A stretch of 64,000 bases of DNA from Rhodosorus marinus CCMP1338. Lineage: Eukaryota; Plantae; Rhodophyta. Below, piece by piece: positions 57,792 through 64,000 of this stretch; within the stretch, counting starts at the first letter, position 1, and the number at the start of each line of letters is the position of its first letter. Location: contig JAMWBK010000003.1 in the NCBI GenBank assembly GCA_029953675.1, positions 1,798,001 through 1,862,000 on the forward strand. The letters are read 5' to 3'. The notes below the pieces were generated by a model. That model saw only the letters and a list, made by a program, of their open reading frames with translations, had not been told where the DNA came from and made no database searches. Position numbers and translations under genes: made by a program.

Positions 57792-59539
57792 ATCAACATC
57801 TTGGTAATCTATTCCCGATACTTTCTCAAAATTCCGCAGATCGTTACCCCTTTATACTCCTTCGTCACTCAGAACATCTCCAACATCGACCCAACCGAGC
57901 AAACCACCGCAAAAAAACATAATGACTTAGCATGTAACCCCCTTTTACAATAAAACTATTCGCGGTTTCAACAAACCTTCGCTCACTGCAGTTATTCGAT
58001 GAATCAGAAAGTTGAAATATTTATATGCACAAGCAGATGTGTAGTGCATCGGAAATTTTCGTTTTTTAAGCTTTTGTAGAAATAGGTCGAGGGCATTCAT
58101 CGAAAAGCGTCATATTTTCTGTGTTGGAATACTATCTCATTTTGGAATAGTAATTTCCCTTACTAAGAAAAGGTCTTCTTTTGTCTGGAAACTCCAACCA
58201 ATGATCATCAAGGAGTTGAGGTGGGAAACGGCTTACATGTATATTTGAAATATTTAAACAGCGCAAAACTGGGGCCTTCTTCTAATTTTTAAGCTCATGC
58301 TCGTTTGTCTAATCCTTTTTCAGAAATATTTCATCAGGGTATGGGAAATCCTCATTCTCAATGAAAATATGAAAAACAAAAGTTTTCTAATCATTCTGGA
58401 GAAGCGCTGTATAGAATGTTTGGGAAAACTTCAATTAAATTAAAGTTATGCGTTCCATCGCCCTCGCCCATTGACCCTGTGAAAAGTGAACCTTAAACCG
58501 GAGATATGTAATGATATAAAAAATCTAAAATACGTCCTTAAGTATTAAAAATACTATATTTGGAGGAGGATCCTGTTTTCAAAGGCACAATTTTTATTAC
58601 CAATCAGTTAACGACATGGCCAATCAATATGGTAATTGCCCAATCAAAAGAGTGATTCTCTGTTGGTGTGGATTTTGGGTTTGATGGATTACGCGGCACC
58701 TCTTTGCTTGAGGCGCACGCATTCTATCTATTTCAGCTAAAGGTTTCAATGGGGTGGCGGTGGTGGTGGAGGGGTGGGAAGAGTACGGCAGAAAGAACTG
58801 TCTTCTGCCACGCGACATGGAGAGATGGGAATCGGGAAGGCAGCGGATCGCACTCCGAGACAGCTTGACTAGGGAATGTTCCAAACCATGGGAGAGATCC
58901 GCGGCACGATAACAGAACCCGTGCGGGGCCTCAGTGGATCCAAGGCTTCTTTCACTTCATATTCTGCTGTTCATGTGATTGAGTTCGGGTTTTAATGGTT
59001 GCTGTCATGTGGACTCCAATTTTATGTGGTACTGTCCGCGAATTTGTTTTTAGTTTTAATTGTTTTTTATACTTTTCATACTTTTTTTTTTGCTATACCT
59101 AAGGCCTATAAAGCCTAGAATACTCCTCTTCTGGTTAGACTTGAGCCATAATATTCCAAAAACCTATTCAGAACAGAAAAAATACGGGCTCTCCGTAGAT
59201 CTAGAGTTCTCAACAACCCCAGACTACTGCTAATCCAGTAGTTGGGTAACCACCTTATCAATGGGTTGATAAGGTGGTTACGAAAGGGGAGGGAGGGGGA
59301 GGGGGTAGTTTAGGCGTGGCCTTGCTTTCTCTGCCCTTTTGGGGGTTATGGTGAGCTTTTGATGGAGTGACTGAGGGTTTATGAGCTTTAGACCGTTTTG
59401 GTTCGGATGAGGTGGAACTAGTGGAGCCCTGACCACTATGGCAAAAAAAAAGGAGGGCGCTTACCATGGCGAGAGTTTTGCGCGTGGTGGGTGATGACGT
59501 AATCGTAACCCCCGATTTTTTCGATCCCGAGTACCAATG

Positions 59540-60110
59540 TGAATGAGGTAGGAGACCTGGCATTCACGGATGGCGAGACAGCTGGCAGACTGATGATCAC
59601 GAGACGTGCAGGATAGATAAGACACGAGATGTGCAGGATTTATATGGCGCGAGATTTGCAGGAAACATGACACAAGATGGCGATGAGAACGACTAAGAAC
59701 CTAGGTGGGCCGCTCCGCAAGTCGACAACGTTTGACGAACGTTTGCATAGCGACATCGCCGGCCCACTCCCTGAAGGACGCGGACGAAGGAAGTACATCG
59801 GACTGTTCGTGGACGAGGCGACAGGATGGGTGAAAGCCGAAGCTCTAGAAAACAGGAGTTTAAACCATATCGAGTCTACGATACTCCCTATCTACTGCAG
59901 GACCGGAGTCTCATCGGTTTTTACCATGACCTTCTCGACGCCAAGTGTGCCCACTTTGAAGCGTCTCTTCCAACAATCCGCAATGGAAAAAACCCGTGTT
60001 GAACGGAGCACGAATGTGGGCATGTCTGCGTTGGTTCCCATGAAGAGGACAAGGAGACAACTTTTATCCACTCTTCAGAATTCACACGCGAGACAGCGCA
60101 GCTGTACCTG
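59540..60110 (+). mobile_element. Ty1/copia integrase relic (GAG-pre-integrase plus core fragment)
   Basis: TWHSRMA (compare WHxRLGH), then RLHSDIAGPLPEGRGRRKYIGLFVDEATGW (compare LVHSDVCGP...G.RYF.TF.DD.SR). Disrupted downstream; no LTR found. Confidence 0.8.
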
Positions 60111-62684
60111 ACTGAAACCTCCTGAATTGACGTTCAGAAGATGTCACGTCTTGGTATCCAGAGAATATGTCACTTCAGGGCCTTTCAGTACAGAGATATC
60201 AAGGGGTCCCCTGTCAAGAGCCTGGATTCGTTCAATTCCTCAGCGATTTTGAGCAATCATTTCGAAACCCGATTACATCAGCTATGCGACGGCACAAAGA
60301 ACTGAGACACGAGGGGGCCCCGTCTTCGCCTGGAATTCGAGCTTGGGCTTTAGCTCGGAGTCAGGTACTGTTGGTATAGGAGTGTTTTGGCTTTATGGAT
60401 TCCGTTGGTTCGTTTTGGCCTCGCCAATTGTTCCGCAAGCGCCCCTACCGGCTCTACTCGTTGTTAACCCATGTTTAGTTTCCTGTTGTTGCGTATGAAC
60501 GCTGCTTGATGTTTGTGGCGCGTGATCTTCGCCCTCAGGGTCAGTCTCCTACCAAACCCAGTTATTTTCAAAGAATACAGCACCGTTCAATACAAGGAAG
60601 CAACAAAAAACCGTTTCTCGAAGCCAGTTGAGGAACAACGTCATTCACCTACACCAAAACCTCTCAAATCAAAGCCCCGAATATTCCACCCATTTTCAAT
60701 TGAAAACTAATGGACACGTGGCGTTTCAACATACGTCCCTCACCACGGGGAATCTTCCGCGATTCATCTTGTACATGCCAATTTATTTTAGAACGGCCCC
60801 GCTCACCACATCAATCGTTTTTCGTAAAACTGGAGCTTGGTACGCCTATATCTGGTCAATGCTCTTATTTTTCAAGTTTTCTTGAGAAAACGAAATATGA
60901 GTCTGGAATATTTTAGGAATACATTTTACAAGTTGACGTCATATTCCTTGGAAAAAGTTCCGCACCAATATTGAATAAACGAATAATATTCCCATGCTCT
61001 TGAATGGAAAAATGGGACAGTGGATGGGGACTGTGCCAAAGCTCAGTAGATTGTATGCAGGTGGTGACTAAGAGGATCAGATTGAAGGGGTCTGCAACGT
61101 ATGTAAAGAGGTAGACGTGTTCTCAGAGATTTTTACAACGTGCTCATCCGCGAGGGACAGTCCCTTTTTCGGACGTTGTCGTCGCCTGCTTGACAGCAGA
61201 GCGCCTTGAGTCTCCTACCATGCGGAACGGTCAAACCCGCAAAGCATCCAACTCTTGACTAGCTAATAAGACAAACATCCCCGTTCAACATTCAATGTCC
61301 ACGAGTCCATTCCGGTTTTTTCAAAGCTCCCCTTCACAAATGTATATATACCTGATTGGTACATGGCTTGTTTCAGGGGCGGTTCCCCTTGACTTTTCTT
61401 TACACCTAGTGTTCAGCGAAGTACACACGGCTGTTGCGTATCAACATGTGCACAGGGAGGAGCGTGACAGTTAGCAGCAAGGTTTGACCTTTTATCAGTA
61501 CTTTCGTGGCCATGCAAGCAGGAGGATGCTTGTGATAGGTTCGTAAACCGGGACCAGCAGCAGTTCAGCGCTGCTGCTCAAGCATTGTAGCTGTTATCAA
61601 CTTCAGGGTACTGATACGCACAGTCCGGAACGCCCTAAATTGGACCCTCAACACGATTCTAGAAGGTAACTCGTTCCACGAGGAGAACTCCTCAGCAAGT
61701 TCAGATGACCGATTATGCTACCGGTCAAGCGTCAGTGAGAAAGGCAGTCGTGATCAGCAAAAAAAAACACTTGCAAGACTCCTGCACAGCTCGAATTCTA
61801 AACCGTGAACTCTTCGCTATAGAAGAGATGGTGAAGGAATCCGCTCAACATGATCAACAACTGGACCCTTATTGACTGAGAGGTTTCCACTAGGTCTAGA
61901 TATTCCGTTCTCGCGTGGGTTGATGACAAGCGGAGATTTTGGGGGGGACAGCGACGAGCTGTCTCGATATTGTCACAGTGAGCATACCGTAGGACTAGGA
62001 CTTTTGAGTTCTAGGGTGATTCCAAAGGGAGGGGATGGTTGACTTCGGAGGGAGAGGGAAGCGGAACGAATGTTGCGAAGAACGTGAAGGCTGAGGAAGT
62101 TTTAGACCAGGCGTTTGTCTTTTCATTTGCGCTTTTAAGAAGAGCTTTCGGAGGTTTGTTTGGGTTTGTTAGTCTCGAGTACGTGTATCTTGCCAAGATT
62201 AGAAAAGTTGCGATAAACAAGTTTGGGGATTAGAAAAGGCGGAAAAGCGACAGCGAGAGCGAGTTTGTGACCAGAAAGCGTTGAAGACTTGTTTGTTTGG
62301 GCGGTGCTTGACCAGTTCTAGCTCTCTTAGGTGTTGTGCAGTGACCGAGGTTCCCTTTCAGTCGTGCAAGGCGAAAATCGTTTTACTATTGTTGGCTTGA
62401 AGGGATTAACGCAGTGGATATATCAGGTTGGCAAGGGGAAGATGCCCGTTTCCGTGCACGGGAGGTAGGCGGTGAGGGAGCCTTTTTTTCACGTTCAAGT
62501 TCGCAGCAGAAGTGAAGGTCATACGGTTTGCTATGGCAGACGTTTCCTGGTGGAGAGCCTGGTGAAAGAGGGTTTTATGGGTGTCAGGAGTTGAGCGAAG
62601 GAAAACTGGATAGACGTTTGAGTAGCTAACGGTCCCAGCTAACAGGTCGCTCGATTTCAGTTTTCAGAGGCTCTTTGTCCCAGA

Positions 62685-64000
62685 ATGGATGCACGAGACT
62701 CGGAGTTGTCATCAACATCTCCAGCAGAAAACGGTGGAGATGAATCGGTAATAGCTGTTCGATTTGCTAGCGACACCAAGGAATCGACGGCTTTGTCTAT
62801 GGACGAAGATTTTAGCACATGGGTGAAGGAGCCTGGAGCTGGGATGAAATCTATGGTCCTAGAGGCAACAGAACCCAGGCTGAAAATTGAAGTCATCAAT
62901 GGAACGGAAGTTAATCGAAGTATCATTGTGTATTTAATTTGCTTCGTTCTTACGTTTGCATTCTCCGTTGCATTTATCGTGCTTGTGAACGTGGCATGGG
63001 GGTTTGACTATGTCCTCGGAGGCGTTACATACTTTTTTTTCAAGTCGCCGGATAGTTTTGAAGTCTTCACCAGGATAATAGAGGCGATCATGTCCGGGAT
63101 GCTTCTGGTTTCAACGTTCCTGTATTTAATTGCAGTTCTCAGAGTGCCAAAGTCGAAGCGTACCCGCGAGATGGTCTTCGTTCTACTACTGGGCCTTAGC
63201 AATGGGCTAGTTCTCCTTCCGCTCCTTCAGGATTCTTATCTACAGCAGTTGGAAGAATATGAAACTATCCCGTGGCCCAGCTATCTCGCCCTGACTACGG
63301 CCACCTCTGTACTTCAGGGATTCCTCGGAACCTGCGGAATCTGCGTATACGTCTGGTCAATGGCCATAGGATTCCGAATGCAACCGGGAGAAAAATTCGG
63401 GAGAACGTACTACTTGAAGATGGCATATTTAGCGATGTACCTGCTCATTCGTATACTTCTCGGTGTTTTTTCCAAGATCTATTTTTCCTGGATCCCATTC
63501 CTATCCCTGGTCACCGGAGCCAGCAAATACGGCAAGTCTGGATCCGACCTCGGACCCTCGCAACTAACTTCCATCATTTTGATGACTGTACTAGAAGTCG
63601 TACTGGTCTCGATGATATCAACAGAGATAGTCCGAACGAATCAACACGTTGACAAGCTGGACTACCTCGAGCGTAGAACCACGAGAATTGCCTTTATGTG
63701 AGCAACTCTGGGCCACACAAAAACCCTTTCTTGAGACGATTTGAAGCGGAAGCAGCTCATGCAAAACAAAATCTTTCCTTCATTGACGGTCATTTGTAGG
63801 CAATTCCAGTACTACACGGGGCTGACCTTCGGGTACACAATCATCGTGTCTACCCTCGTTGTTCTGCTTACGACGAACGACTTGATTCTGTTGGGTGCAA
63901 AGTTCTGGGGGTACTCATTCTTTACTGTACAATACGGTCAGCTTGTCTACGTTCTAGTCATCCCCGCATATGTGATGATACAGCTTTACTTCCTCCTTCC
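62685..64000 (+). CDS. Multi-pass membrane protein, TMEM181/Wntless-like; 3' end lies beyond the window
   Basis: 338-aa first exon with several hydrophobic helices, an intron at 63698-63799 (GTGAGC...TAG), and an open hydrophobic frame to the window end. The family guess rests on KRTREMVFVLLL..NGL.LLP, YYLKM and KLDYLERRTTRIAF. Confidence 0.6.

Noticed and set aside
1-64000. rRNA, tRNA, snRNA or telomeric repeats
   Set aside because: None was recognised by eye; tRNAscan-SE and Infernal would be needed to exclude divergent copies.

Overview
Compact eukaryotic nuclear DNA, not prokaryotic. Many genes carry short GT-AG spliceosomal introns (mostly about 70-130 nt, often with CTAAC/CTGAC branch points), and organellar precursors have an early Phe (MENAFV, MGFV). 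This suggests a unicellular red alga; that placement is an inference and was not checked by search. About 20 protein genes can be reconstructed by splicing: SDE2, TMEM18, a minimal SAP30 that the ORF track misses, an orphan 337-aa ORF, organellar AsnRS, a YvcK/CofD-like protein, IFRD, a histidine acid phosphatase, mitochondrial ACP, a bacterial-type M28 peptidase, a PPR protein, COX6B, Mpv17/PMP22, TMEM70-like, an ILR3-like bHLH, ELP1, an RVE-type MYB, a bZIP, two C2H2 zinc fingers and a TMEM181/Wntless-like membrane protein that runs off the window end. There are three LTR-retrotransposon relics: Ty3/gypsy gag-PR at about 13.3-14.5 kb, an LTR-bounded deleted copia at 49.9-52.1 kb, and a copia integrase fragment at about 59.5-60.1 kb. 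No rRNA, tRNA or CRISPR array was recognised. The main unexplained structures are: (1) a six-unit diverged non-coding array (TTCGAGCG / TATCTC / GATTCC blocks) at 12.2-13.0 kb behind a promoter-like signature; (2) coding segments of two retrotransposon relics folded into inverted repeats, i.e. potential hairpin-RNA sources; (3) a window-wide AT-core plus G-rich/G4 sense-strand signature at gene 5' ends, which also marks several loci with no recognisable gene. All family assignments come from remembered motifs; no database search was run.
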